Below, in pieces: positions 10,996 to 20,952 of a DNA stretch of 64,000 bases. A program made the translations under genes and the position numbers. This DNA is from a virus (Duplodnaviria; Caudoviricetes). Below the pieces are notes generated by a model that worked only from the letters and a program-made list of their open reading frames with translations, was not told the DNA's origin and did not search any database. Position 1 is the stretch's first letter, and each line of letters begins with the position of its first letter. Location: positions 384,001 to 448,000 of the IMG/VR virus record IMGVR_UViG_3300014205_000170. One strand, given 5' to 3'.

Positions 10996-12078
10996 ATGGG
11001 AGCAAACAAAAGTTTAATAAATCTACAACAGGTAGATTTTACAAAAGAACCTTTATTCTTCGGAAAAGGTCTTAATTTACAACGATATGATAAGTTCAGA
11101 TATGAACAGTTATTTGGTTTATTTAAACAACAATTAGGATTTTTTTGGAGACCAGAGGAAGTATCTTTGGCTGGTAAAGAAAAAACTGATTATGATAATC
11201 TCACTGAACATGAGAAATTTATTTTTACCAAAAATTTAAGTTATCAAATTTTGTTAGATTCTATACAGTCTCGCGGCATTTCTCACTTATTGGAAGATTG
11301 TTCTAATCCAGAATTAGAAGCTTTTGCGAAAACTTGGGAGTTTTTCGAAACATTACATTCATATTCTTACACTTATATTATTAAAAATGTTTATCCAGCT
11401 CCCAGCGATGTGTTTGATAATATTTTAAATGATGAAGAAATCATAAAAAGAACAGGCTCTGTTACTAAGTATTATGATAGTCTTATTGAAAACATTCCGG
11501 ATGATTCATTAGATAATAAAAAGAAAAAATTATACTTGACACTTGTGTCTATTAATATTTTAGAAGGTATTAGATTTTACGTTTCATTTGCTTGCTCTTA
11601 TTGTTTTGCTGAAAACAAAAAAATGGAAGGAAATGCTAAAATAATTTCTTTAATTAACAGAGATGAAAATTGTCATTTAGGCTTTACTCAAATTATTATA
11701 AATTTATTGCGTAAAAATACTGACGAAGGTTTTACACATATTGCAGAAGAATGTGAGCCTATTGTTATAAAGATGTTTGAGGATGCTGCTAAAGAAGAAA
11801 TAGAGTGGGCAAATTATTTGTTTAAAAATGGTGGCCTTTTAGGATTAAATGCTGAGATTTTAACTCAATACATGAAATGGTTAACCAATTTAAGAATGAA
11901 AGGTATTGGTTTAAATCCTATTTTTGAACGTGTAACCAACCCAATCAGTTGGATTAATAATTGGACTAATTCTAAAGGTGTCCAAAATGCACCTCAAGAA
12001 ACAGAAATAGAATCATATATAATTGGCTCATTTAAAAACGATATGGGAGATACTGATTTTAGCGAATTCAACTTTTAA
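10996..12078 (+). CDS. nrdB: Ribonucleotide reductase beta subunit
   Basis: FFWRPEE; LDSIQ; ETLHSYSY; EGIRFY; RDENCH; APQETEI.SY. Confidence 0.97.
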   Translation: MGANKSLINLQQVDFTKEPLFFGKGLNLQRYDKFRYEQLFGLFKQQLGFFWRPEEVSLAGKEKTDYDNLTEHEKFIFTKNLSYQILLDSIQSRGISHLLEDCSNPELEAFAKTWEFFETLHSYSYTYIIKNVYPAPSDVFDNILNDEEIIKRTGSVTKYYDSLIENIPDDSLDNKKKKLYLTLVSINILEGIRFYVSFACSYCFAENKKMEGNAKIISLINRDENCHLGFTQIIINLLRKNTDEGFTHIAEECEPIVIKMFEDAAKEEIEWANYLFKNGGLLGLNAEILTQYMKWLTNLRMKGIGLNPIFERVTNPISWINNWTNSKGVQNAPQETEIESYIIGSFKNDMGDTDFSEFNF

Positions 12079-12138
12079 CATACAAAATCTCCATTTTTTT
12101 CCCTTTTTAGGCACTATTTAATTTTAAATAGTATTATT

Positions 12139-13785
12139 GTGAAAAAGAGGAAAATTACTAAAAAAGAGTTAGAAAATCTTATCTCAGAAGGTGTAAAAAA
12201 ATTGTTTTTTGAAAAGAAAGCAGAACCGGTTACTAAACCAGCACCAACAAAAACCCCTGAGCGTACTAAAAAACCTAACCCTATTAAAATACCTAAACCA
12301 GGTACTTTCCCAAAGCCAAATCCAAAAGCTAAAGCTAAAAATGAAGCTACTGAAATAAAAGCTGAAAATCTTTTAAAGGAGTGGAATAAAATTTTACGAT
12401 TAGAAGATGAAAAGAAAAGGATGAAACGTCTTTTTCAAGAAGCTCCTCTAGATATAGATGGTGGAGAACATCAACCCCACAATTCAATCAAACAAGGAAT
12501 TGAAGGTGAAAAACAAACGCCTTTTAGTGCTGTTGATTTCTTCTCAAGAAGAAGATTAGACCAAAGTACAATAGAAAAAATTGGTAGCGAAGAATTCAAT
12601 GCAATCGTAAGACACATTGGTGAAGAAGGTGTTGGGAATATGAATACTATGGAAATTATGAATGCTTTACAAATGATTGTATCGTATGAAATGAGACATA
12701 GAGGTAATCTTGAAAATTTAGCAAAAACAATCGTTCAAAGAAAATTTGGGCTTTCCGATGAAATCATGGATATGATTGATGCTAAATTAAAAAATCCTGG
12801 TGAAATTGATGCTCCGGATGATGACACTCCTCAAGAAGAGGTTGAACAACAATTTACAGAAGAAGAATTAGAAGTAATCAAGAAAAACGTTGACAAACGA
12901 GTTATTAATAACACATTGATGATGGGTGCTGGTTATAGAGCACATCAAATTTTTGATGATTTAAAAAATTCTTTAGACGGAATTGATGCAAGACTTTATC
13001 CGCTTTACACTAGAATGATGCCTAATGTTGAGTTGTTCCTATGGAAGCTTCCAGTTGAAGAAATGTATGGTCAAAGACAAATGTGGGGTAAATCAGAATT
13101 GAAATGTGATGGAGATTCCTGTAAAGCAGAGGCATCAGCTATTATTTTCCCTATTCTTTTACATGAAGTTGCTAAAGCAGCAGTAGAAATTTTATTACTT
13201 CAGCATCTTGCAGATATACAAGAAAAACATGGAGAAGCTGTTGCAAAACAAGTTGTTAAACAAGCAGATTCTTATATGGATGAGCATTGGTTAAAATTAA
13301 TAGGACCAAGATTGTGGAAATATTTACATGATGCTTTATTGTTTGTTGTTCAAGAAGAGGGTGAAGATTATACCATTATTTCATATGTATTAAACAGAAT
13401 GGCTTCAATGGAACCAGAAGAATTCATGGAACTAATGGATAATACAATTCATGATGGTCCACTAGCTATTGAAAAAATTAAAGTTCTACTTTCGACAATA
13501 AGAAACGATATTGACGCATTTGAAACACAAGAAGGAGAAACACCATCTCCAGAAAATTTGGATGCGAATAGAGAAGATATGTCAGATGAGATTGCAAATC
13601 TATTACGTGCTAATCAAGATGAATTATTAACTCGCACTCCGGAAGAAGAAAGACCAGTTGCAAATCCCAAAAAGAACTTAGCCGATATGGATATAGATGA
13701 ATTGAATAATATTCTTCAACATGCATTAGAGGGTGAAAAATATGAATTGGCTTCTAAGGTTAGAGATGAAATAAGAAAGAGATAA
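12139..13785 (+). CDS. Hypothetical, probably head-associated protein with C-terminal UVR-like motif
   Basis: N-terminal KITKKELENLISE leader; Pro/Lys-rich linker; ALEGEKYELASKVRDEI at C-terminus. Confidence 0.55.
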   Translation: MKKRKITKKELENLISEGVKKLFFEKKAEPVTKPAPTKTPERTKKPNPIKIPKPGTFPKPNPKAKAKNEATEIKAENLLKEWNKILRLEDEKKRMKRLFQEAPLDIDGGEHQPHNSIKQGIEGEKQTPFSAVDFFSRRRLDQSTIEKIGSEEFNAIVRHIGEEGVGNMNTMEIMNALQMIVSYEMRHRGNLENLAKTIVQRKFGLSDEIMDMIDAKLKNPGEIDAPDDDTPQEEVEQQFTEEELEVIKKNVDKRVINNTLMMGAGYRAHQIFDDLKNSLDGIDARLYPLYTRMMPNVELFLWKLPVEEMYGQRQMWGKSELKCDGDSCKAEASAIIFPILLHEVAKAAVEILLLQHLADIQEKHGEAVAKQVVKQADSYMDEHWLKLIGPRLWKYLHDALLFVVQEEGEDYTIISYVLNRMASMEPEEFMELMDNTIHDGPLAIEKIKVLLSTIRNDIDAFETQEGETPSPENLDANREDMSDEIANLLRANQDELLTRTPEEERPVANPKKNLADMDIDELNNILQHALEGEKYELASKVRDEIRKR

Positions 13786-13835
13786 TTATTTACTTTGTTT
13801 AAATTTTAATTTAATTTTAAGAAAAATAATTTTTT

Positions 13836-14018
13836 ATGAAAAAAGACAAAAAAAATCATCAAAAACGAATTTCTGCCTTAAAAAGAAATACAAAAAGGAG
13901 TACTAGATTGAAATCTACGCAACAAAATAAGGCAAATAGAAAAAAAGAGGTAATAGAATACAAAAAGAAAGCTCAGAAAAAATTCGAACAACACATGAAG
14001 AGTTTATTGGGTAAATAA
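13836..14018 (+). CDS. Small highly basic protein
   Basis: 60 aa, K/R-rich; followed by a terminator. Confidence 0.5.
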   Translation: MKKDKKNHQKRISALKRNTKRSTRLKSTQQNKANRKKEVIEYKKKAQKKFEQHMKSLLGK

Positions 14019-14033
14019 CCATTAAATACAGAC

Positions 14034-14062
14034 AAGGCCACTTAAAAAAAGTGGCCTTTTTC
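14034..14062 (+). terminator. Intrinsic terminator
   Basis: AAGGCCACT-loop-AGTGGCCTT followed by T tract. Confidence 0.8.
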
Positions 14063-14086
14063 ATTTTTAACCTATATTTATGAATA

Positions 14087-14773
14087 ATGAAATTGTCGGA
14101 ATATATAAATAAAACTGTTGAACTTGAGATTAAAAAAATACTCAAAGAGCAAGAAGAGGAAGAACAAAAAACTGATGATGAAGTTTTGGTTACCTTCGAC
14201 AAAATGAATTCTTTCATTAAAGATGAAAAACAAGAATCTGATACAGCTATTAAAAATTCATTAAAATTAATGAGTGCTTTAAGTGAGCCAGTAAAAAGAA
14301 GCGCAGAAAATATGAATATTAATGTGCAAAAACAAAGAATTAAGAAGCTTGATACTATGCAAAAAGGTATTGATACCCAAAAAAAGAGCTTTGAAGATAG
14401 CCTAAGAAAGAAACAAACTCAAAGTCAAACAACACAGCAAATTGCTGTACAAACAGAAAATTCTTCTATGCCGGTAATGAAAAGAGAATTTGCCGAAGGT
14501 GACAATGTTAGTCCTACAAGTGTACAACCACAAGCACTTGAAACACCTATGAAAAAAGCTTATATAGTCAAATTTGATACAAAAACAGAACATCCGTTTG
14601 AAGTTAAATTTTCTGAAAGAGGTTTTTCTATAAATGGCACTAGATTAAGTTTTGAGGCACTTGAAAATGCTTTATCCAAAAATTACACCATTGTATTAGA
14701 TAATGGTAGTGGTTTGCCTCTAAATGCCATTAGAATGCAAAAAATACTTAAGTATAAAGATAAGTGGTATTAA
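14087..14773 (+). CDS. Hypothetical, probably virion head protein
   Basis: TATTTAT upstream; EIKKILKE-type N-terminus. Confidence 0.55.
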   Translation: MKLSEYINKTVELEIKKILKEQEEEEQKTDDEVLVTFDKMNSFIKDEKQESDTAIKNSLKLMSALSEPVKRSAENMNINVQKQRIKKLDTMQKGIDTQKKSFEDSLRKKQTQSQTTQQIAVQTENSSMPVMKREFAEGDNVSPTSVQPQALETPMKKAYIVKFDTKTEHPFEVKFSERGFSINGTRLSFEALENALSKNYTIVLDNGSGLPLNAIRMQKILKYKDKWY

Positions 14774-14782
14774 ATACTTTCC

Positions 14783-15226
14783 ATGAGTAAACAGTCTTAT
14801 GTTTTAAGAAGAAAAAGTGTATTAATTGAAAAGTTTATTAATCACACAATATCTCTAAACAATACTGTAAGTCATCTCAATAATATTCCATTATTTTTCA
14901 ATATGGAATATCTTCGAAAAAATAAATTTATTGTCGAAATGAAAATAGATGATAAAATTGTGAATGCCGAGAGCATTCAGGGATTTAAAATTTCAAATTT
15001 TGAAAATGGAGAAAAGTCAATTAAGGTTCACACTGCTATCCATTTAGATACATGGTTAAACGATTATAATAAAGTCAATATTATTAAAATTTACTTATTA
15101 GATTCAATAGGAAGTGAACTTAGAGAGTTTGATTTAGATGTAATATACTTAGGATATTCATTTGATTGTGATTATAAAGAGGATGCTTTGGCCATTCCAA
15201 CTTTTACCTACAAAATAATAGAATAA
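14783..15226 (+). CDS. Divergent tail-tube-like paralog
   Basis: EYLRKNKFIV...LLDSIG...DCDY...TFTY resembles gp19-type tubes (EPkRkNRF...LDPvG...DlDY); N-terminal extension carries KSVLIEK. Confidence 0.45.
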   Translation: MSKQSYVLRRKSVLIEKFINHTISLNNTVSHLNNIPLFFNMEYLRKNKFIVEMKIDDKIVNAESIQGFKISNFENGEKSIKVHTAIHLDTWLNDYNKVNIIKIYLLDSIGSELREFDLDVIYLGYSFDCDYKEDALAIPTFTYKIIE

Positions 15227-15243
15227 TTTTTTTTCACACTCAA

Positions 15244-15275
15244 TTTGTTTTTTTAAAACCTACCCGTTATATTTG
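15244..15275 (+). promoter_or_regulatory. Bacteroidota sigma70-type promoter
   Basis: TTTG (15244) - 20 nt - TATATTTG (15268). Similar elements at about 15886-15919, 17194-17225, 34627-34658 and 43099-43131. Confidence 0.65.
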
Positions 15276-15298
15276 TTTTATAAACATAAAAAAACAAT

Positions 15299-15571
15299 AT
15301 GGAATATTTAGGTTATATTTTTGATTCTCCAGAGAGAGATGAAACAACTGGTAATTGGAATCCAGTAGAAATAACATTCGATGAACAAGAAAGTTTTAAT
15401 GGTGCAACTTCCAAGTTAATTAAAGTTTTCAAACACCCTGATGGCGATGGAAAATGTATTGTCACAGATTCGGAAAGCCAAAAATACATGTTGGACATTA
15501 CTCATGTAACTTTCGATACACAATTTAACTCAATTAGAGTTTTTCCTACTGAATGTAGAAAAATGAAATAA
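15299..15571 (+). CDS. Hypothetical protein
   Basis: ORF downstream of promoter. Confidence 0.6.
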   Translation: MEYLGYIFDSPERDETTGNWNPVEITFDEQESFNGATSKLIKVFKHPDGDGKCIVTDSESQKYMLDITHVTFDTQFNSIRVFPTECRKMK

Positions 15572-15574
15572 TAT

Positions 15575-15868
15575 ATGGAACAAGACAGAATAACAAAAAT
15601 TGAATCTGAACTTTTAGAATTAAAAGCCAGAGCTAGGAATATTGGTTATAAAAACGAAATACCTAGATTGCCAAAAAATATAAGAGTGAAAACGGCTGGA
15701 CTTCAAGAAAGTCTTTTGAGTGGTTTTACGAAAAGACTCTCCAATTGGGAAAGAGGATTGTTGTTAATGGAAAATCCTGGTGGACTTACACTTAAGGCTG
15801 ATAATGCCAGAAATCTAGCAGAGGCTACAACAAATTTGGTTCATCATTTTAACGGAAACACTCAATAA
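15575..15868 (+). CDS. Hypothetical protein
   Basis: ORF in operon context. Confidence 0.55.
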   Translation: MEQDRITKIESELLELKARARNIGYKNEIPRLPKNIRVKTAGLQESLLSGFTKRLSNWERGLLLMENPGGLTLKADNARNLAEATTNLVHHFNGNTQ

Positions 15869-15944
15869 AGTAACTTTATTGACATTTTGGCAGTTTTTAA
15901 AGAAAAAGCACTATATTTGCAATGTGTGAGATAAACACAATAAT

Positions 15945-16394
15945 ATGGAAAAAAATCATAATTGGATAACACCTTCAGACATTTTTGAAGCGACAAATGA
16001 CTTAATGAAAGAAGCTAGTATTGTATTTAAAGAAGCAGATACTATGTTTAAAGACGTTTTTAATAAAAAACGTAACTTTCCAGCCACAAATATCGTTCAA
16101 AACGAAAAAGGAGTAACGCTAGAAATAGCTATTCCCGGATTCAAAAAAGAAGATGTGAATATTTCTTTGGAAGGTAATGTTTTAACTGTATCCTGCAAAA
16201 CAGAGGAAACAAATAGAAATTTTACTACAAAAGAATTCTCATCTAGTTCTTTTACGCGTTCTTTTAATATTTCTCAGGTTTTAGATAAAAATAAAATCAC
16301 TTCATCTTTAAAGGATGGAATGTTGTTTATTGAAATTCCTAAAATTGAAAAAACTACTGTGAACCCAGAAAAGAAAAATATTCCTGTTAATTAA
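15945..16394 (+). CDS. Hsp20/alpha-crystallin small heat-shock protein
   Basis: PATNI; EIAIPGFKKEDV; SFTRSF; DGMLFIEIPK. Confidence 0.92.
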   Translation: MEKNHNWITPSDIFEATNDLMKEASIVFKEADTMFKDVFNKKRNFPATNIVQNEKGVTLEIAIPGFKKEDVNISLEGNVLTVSCKTEETNRNFTTKEFSSSSFTRSFNISQVLDKNKITSSLKDGMLFIEIPKIEKTTVNPEKKNIPVN

Positions 16395-16417
16395 TAAGAC
16401 TTTATACGTTTGTTTTT

Positions 16418-16451
16418 AAGAAGGCAGGAATTATTTCTGCCTTCTTTTTTT
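16418..16451 (+). terminator. Intrinsic terminator
   Basis: AAGAAGGCAG...CTGCCTTCTT followed by T tract. Confidence 0.8.
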
Positions 16452-16461
16452 ATATTTATAA

Positions 16462-17160
16462 TTGATGAATAAAGTACTTAAAATATTTGACATGGACCGG
16501 ACGTTAATTAATACTCCGGATTTTACGCATTTTATTGATGTAGAGAACAATTCTACAATTGATACAGATAAGTATTTCCCCGAACAATTTAAAGCTATAA
16601 AAGCAATATTTTGGAATATTCTAATGACAGAAGTGCATTTTAAAAAAGAAGGAGATTATGCAGTTATCATTAATTCGAAAAACAACTCTAGATTTGATGA
16701 AAGACAACTTTCGCATATTTTTAGTAAAGACCCCAAAGCTGAACAATATTTAGAATTGCATAATGATGAAATTGTAGTTAAACATCCACGAGATTTTTAT
16801 ACGAATCCACAGACTTTAGGATATGCAGTTAATGATGAAATCACCAAAGAGTATGAATCAGCAAATCACAAAATGATTCTGACAGGACGAGGAGAAAAAT
16901 TAAGAGCCGATATTTTAAAAATGTTTAAATTTCTTAATGTACCAGAACCTAATGAGGGGTTAGTTTTGTGGCCAGGAAGTCCAAAAATTAAAGAGTATAA
17001 AACTAATAAAATTTTAGACGCAGCTGCAACAGGAAAGTGGAATGAAATTCACTTTTTTGAAGATAGAGAAGATTGGTTGAGTCATGCACACGTAGCAATG
17101 AATTCTACTTATCCAAATATCAAATTTGTGCCTCATTTAATCACAACTTATAATACATAA
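16462..17160 (+). CDS. HAD-superfamily phosphatase (RNA-repair-type HAD)
   Basis: IFDMDRTL (DxDxT), LTGR, K, FFEDR motifs. Confidence 0.7.
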   Translation: MMNKVLKIFDMDRTLINTPDFTHFIDVENNSTIDTDKYFPEQFKAIKAIFWNILMTEVHFKKEGDYAVIINSKNNSRFDERQLSHIFSKDPKAEQYLELHNDEIVVKHPRDFYTNPQTLGYAVNDEITKEYESANHKMILTGRGEKLRADILKMFKFLNVPEPNEGLVLWPGSPKIKEYKTNKILDAAATGKWNEIHFFEDREDWLSHAHVAMNSTYPNIKFVPHLITTYNT

Positions 17161-17182
17161 AAATTAACGTTTACCATTAAGT

Positions 17183-17214
17183 AACCCGTTAATTTTGAAA
17201 TTAACGGGTTTTTT
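17183..17214 (+). terminator. Intrinsic terminator
   Basis: AACCCGTTAAT...ATTAACGGGTT followed by T tract. Confidence 0.8.
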
Positions 17215-17240
17215 GTTTAACTTTGTAATAATAGAATAAT

Positions 17241-17876
17241 ATGTCAAAAAAATATAATAAAAATTTCTTTAAAGAATTAAAAGAAAAAAGTGCTTTACAC
17301 TACGATTCCATTCCGGCCCTTAATTGGGGAACAACCGAAGATGGTAAATTTATCATGAATGATAGATACCATTTTAATTGGAAAATTCAAGGAGAGAAAG
17401 GACATTTAGTTCCACTTCAATCGGATGTGCGTGAGCATATAAAAACTTTTCAAAAAACAATTGCTGAAGAGAATGAAAAATCTGGCATTCAAAGAAGTGT
17501 TAAAGCTTTTATTGGTGCAGACTCACAAAATCATCTTTCATACACGAGATTTGTTTCTGTTATTGTATTATACGTTGAAAGAAACGGTGCACATGTACTT
17601 GTATCTCGTACTGATTTGCCGAAAATCTACGATTACAGATATAAACTTTTAAAAGAAATAGATATGTTAGGTGAATTAGCAAGAAATTTCCAAGAATTTT
17701 TCAAAGAAATTAATATGGAATTTGAATTACATGGAGATTTAAATAAAAGTGCAAACTTCAAATCTAATGGTGTTGTTGAAGAAGCGACTAATTATATTTC
17801 TTATCTTGGTTATAAATTAAAGATTAAATCTGAGGCATGGGCTGCATCGTATGGAGCAGATTATTTTTGTAAATAA
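17241..17876 (+). CDS. RNase H-like YkuK (DUF458) family protein
   Basis: FIGADSQ, ELHGDLN, KIK.EAWAASY.AD. Confidence 0.75.
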   Translation: MSKKYNKNFFKELKEKSALHYDSIPALNWGTTEDGKFIMNDRYHFNWKIQGEKGHLVPLQSDVREHIKTFQKTIAEENEKSGIQRSVKAFIGADSQNHLSYTRFVSVIVLYVERNGAHVLVSRTDLPKIYDYRYKLLKEIDMLGELARNFQEFFKEINMEFELHGDLNKSANFKSNGVVEEATNYISYLGYKLKIKSEAWAASYGADYFCK

Positions 17877-17913
17877 CTAATTACAAGAAAAAAAAACGGT
17901 CATATTTATTGGT

Positions 17914-18927
17914 ATGACCGTTACCAACAATAAACGTAATGTTAGATATTTATTTTACTCCGTTGGAGGGAAAGTAAAATCTCTTAAATTTGGTCCTTCT
18001 GAAACAAAGGAAGTATCGGATTTAACTTCTTCAACACAAATAAAATATAACGCCCTTGATTTTAAGCTTAAAGGGATAAATGAAAGATTTAATAGAAATT
18101 TTGTATTAAATTTTACAGCTGCTTCAAATGAAGCAAGTGTTACTCCAAGTCCTTTAATAGAAGATTGGTATGATTCTTTATCAGTTAAACCAAGCAATGC
18201 TTTAATGACGGATTTAAATACATTGGTTGATGGAATTGATTCAGATGGAAATTGGAGTCTTTTAGATTTGTTTGGATTGATTGCTGGTATGGAAACTCAA
18301 GAACAACAATTAAAGCCATTAATAACAACAAGTGGTGAAGATTTTGTGATTGTTGGGACACCAATACTAAATAGTAACGGTGCAAGAAATAATACAGGTG
18401 CTGGTTATTTAAATCTTAAATGGAATCCTGTAGATGACGGAGTTCAATATGCAGCTGATAGTGCATTTATCTCTACTCAAATAGGAGAGGCCATTGCAAC
18501 TTTTGGCTCTGAGGCTGGATTTATGGGTGCTTTTGATGAGAGTCAACCAGCAGCGGAAGGAACATCATATCTAACTTACGCAGATTCTCCTACCAATAGA
18601 GTATCAGGAGCTATCAATTTTGATGGTGTAACTTCAACAACACCTGGAATTGTTAATGGAACGACTACATATTATTTAGCAAACGTAATTGTTGGCGGAA
18701 ATTATACCATATATAAAAATGCAGTTACAAATTCTTTGTCAGCAGATGCAGCAACGATTTTAACTAATTTAGATTTTTATGGTTGTGATTTTTCTTACTC
18801 TGATGGGTCGCCTGCATCTAGTTTTGACAATGCTCTTTTACGTCATTTTATGGCTGGAAATGGAACTGCAAATCAAACAGAGATACAAACACGATTAAAT
18901 ACGTTTTACTCTTCTAGAGGTCTTTAA
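17914..18927 (+). CDS. Probable virion structural/decoration protein
   Basis: G/T/S/N/A-rich, beta-type composition; TATTTAT motif upstream. Confidence 0.5.
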   Translation: MTVTNNKRNVRYLFYSVGGKVKSLKFGPSETKEVSDLTSSTQIKYNALDFKLKGINERFNRNFVLNFTAASNEASVTPSPLIEDWYDSLSVKPSNALMTDLNTLVDGIDSDGNWSLLDLFGLIAGMETQEQQLKPLITTSGEDFVIVGTPILNSNGARNNTGAGYLNLKWNPVDDGVQYAADSAFISTQIGEAIATFGSEAGFMGAFDESQPAAEGTSYLTYADSPTNRVSGAINFDGVTSTTPGIVNGTTTYYLANVIVGGNYTIYKNAVTNSLSADAATILTNLDFYGCDFSYSDGSPASSFDNALLRHFMAGNGTANQTEIQTRLNTFYSSRGL

Positions 18928-18934
18928 TGTAAGA

Positions 18935-19615
18935 TTATTTATTTCCTTTATTTGAAATGTTTTTAATAGGCTTTATTGTTCCTTTTGGTTTAAGCGTAGG
19001 TTTTGTTACGGCATCAGTTTGCTCAGGTTCTTGAACTTGTTGTTCCGGTTCTTTAAATAAAGCTTTAATGTTCGGTTTTGGTTTTTGTTGCTCTTTTGCT
19101 TTGTTAGCCAAATCTATTTGAAATTTCTTTATCTCTGGAAAATTCGCTGCTACCTCTACGTTAACCATTCCTTTATCTGCTGCATTATAATTTTTTGGAG
19201 GCACACTAAAGAAATTACCAGTAAACCACATTGATTTTATATTAGAGATTTTAAACATTCTCCATTCATCTTCAATTTCTTGACTTCTAAGACCAGTTTT
19301 CATAGCAGCAGACTCTGACTGTCCCATTCTGTGTACTGCTCTTAAAACTTGATTTCCAGCCTTTGACGTGCCAATTGCTACTGGATATATAATTCTATAC
19401 TTTGAAACTGGCATTTTATACTTTTCATTATTACTTTGAAATAAAATACCAATTTCTCTACCTTCTTTAATGGCTTGAATCATTAAATCTTTATTGAAGG
19501 GTATTCTTTGATTACTATTTCTGAAAGCAGCCTCTTTTTCGGCATTACTTACCTCTAACAGAACAATTCCTGCTAATTTTTGTAATCTTTCTTTATATCC
19601 TTCGCTAAGCAACAT
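18935..19615 (-). CDS. WYL-like domain protein with LSE..RL..LAGI leader
   Basis: RIIYPVAIG.S.AGN.VLRA...WRMFKISNI resembles the WYL pattern. Confidence 0.55.
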   Translation of the reverse strand: MLLSEGYKERLQKLAGIVLLEVSNAEKEAAFRNSNQRIPFNKDLMIQAIKEGREIGILFQSNNEKYKMPVSKYRIIYPVAIGTSKAGNQVLRAVHRMGQSESAAMKTGLRSQEIEDEWRMFKISNIKSMWFTGNFFSVPPKNYNAADKGMVNVEVAANFPEIKKFQIDLANKAKEQQKPKPNIKALFKEPEQQVQEPEQTDAVTKPTLKPKGTIKPIKNISNKGNK

Positions 19616-19619
19616 TTAA

Positions 19620-19943
19620 TTATGAACCTACGTTATCTTGGGGAGGTGTTGGAGGAGTATCTATGGGTTTTTTACTCATAATTTTTTTAAAGCTATCAAT
19701 GATTTTACCACCAAACGCGTATCCGGCAAACAAAAGAATTGCCCACTGCAAAGCGTCAATAATGGTTCTTAAAGAGCCATCGCTAATATCAGTAGCCGGA
19801 TGCATAGCTTTCCAGGTAACAATACCAAGTGTTACGTAATAGGCTACCACAGATAATAACAAATATACTCTTGCTTGTGAATAACTTTTTTGCCCAGTTG
19901 GGTCAGTTTCTTTTAAGATGTCTTTCCAAAGTTTTGTGTTCAT
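19620..19943 (-). CDS. Holin-like two-TM membrane protein
   Basis: Two hydrophobic helices; SQARV motif near N-terminus. Confidence 0.5.
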   Translation of the reverse strand: MNTKLWKDILKETDPTGQKSYSQARVYLLLSVVAYYVTLGIVTWKAMHPATDISDGSLRTIIDALQWAILLFAGYAFGGKIIDSFKKIMSKKPIDTPPTPPQDNVGS

Positions 19944-19994
19944 AAAATAATTTTCATATAAATATGTTGTTTTTATCATTTATACCCTTTATTT

Positions 19995-20948
19995 TTGAAT
20001 ATATCATGGATAAGAATAAGTTACGAACAGTTAAAAACTGTAGACTCAAACGCGATTCACATAAGTTTCAGTGAAATTAATCAATATAAAGATTGTGGTC
20101 ACAAACATCTTATTGAGAAGTATTTGAAATTGGCTATATCACCAACATCAATACATTTAATTTTTGGTAATTCTATACATTCAGCTATAGAAGTTGGAAT
20201 TAGAGATTCTCTAAATTTAGAACAAAGACTTTCTCATTTTACAAACACATTCACTAAAGAAATGATGGATAAAATGATGGGAACTAAAGAATATAATACA
20301 GAATTAGATAATTTTACAAAACAAGGTCAAAATATTTTAACGCTTTTATCTACTGAAAAGATTTTAGAAAAATATGACCTAATAGGTGTTGAAATGGCTT
20401 TATATGAAAAATTATTTTCAAATTTTCATTTTAAAGGATTTATAGATTTAATATTAAAAGATAAAAAAACCGGTAGAATATTAATCATTGATTGGAAAAC
20501 ATCCGGAGAATTGTGGGATGTAGAAAAAAAGAAAAAAGATAAAGTATTCATGGCACAAATGCGATTGTATAAATATTTTTATGCAAGAAAGTTTAATGTA
20601 CCTATTAATGATATAGATTGTAAATATGTTGTTCTAAACAGATTACAATTAAAAAAATGCCCGGAATTAGGTTATGGAAAAATACAAACAGTAGAAATTT
20701 TCTCTACTGATGAAGATATATTAGAAGCAGTTACTCTTGTTGCTGAAACATTACGAAACATACATTTAAACAAAAAATTTGAAAAAGCCAAATTGATTGG
20801 AAAGAAAAATTCATGTTTCTTTTGTCCTTATAAAGCAAATCCTACTTTATGTAATGATAATCCAAATCAATATAAATATATGTTGGATGAACATAGAGAA
20901 AAACGATTACTAATTGAAAGAGGAGAAGAAAAACAAACTGTTTTATAA
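19995..20948 (+). CDS. PD-(D/E)XK nuclease (RecB/Cas4-like)
   Basis: ISFSEI.Y..C; FGNSIH; E..L; GFIDL; IIDWKT; Q..LY; CFFCPY...C. Confidence 0.85.
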   Translation: MNISWIRISYEQLKTVDSNAIHISFSEINQYKDCGHKHLIEKYLKLAISPTSIHLIFGNSIHSAIEVGIRDSLNLEQRLSHFTNTFTKEMMDKMMGTKEYNTELDNFTKQGQNILTLLSTEKILEKYDLIGVEMALYEKLFSNFHFKGFIDLILKDKKTGRILIIDWKTSGELWDVEKKKKDKVFMAQMRLYKYFYARKFNVPINDIDCKYVVLNRLQLKKCPELGYGKIQTVEIFSTDEDILEAVTLVAETLRNIHLNKKFEKAKLIGKKNSCFFCPYKANPTLCNDNPNQYKYMLDEHREKRLLIERGEEKQTVL

Positions 20949-20952
20949 AATT

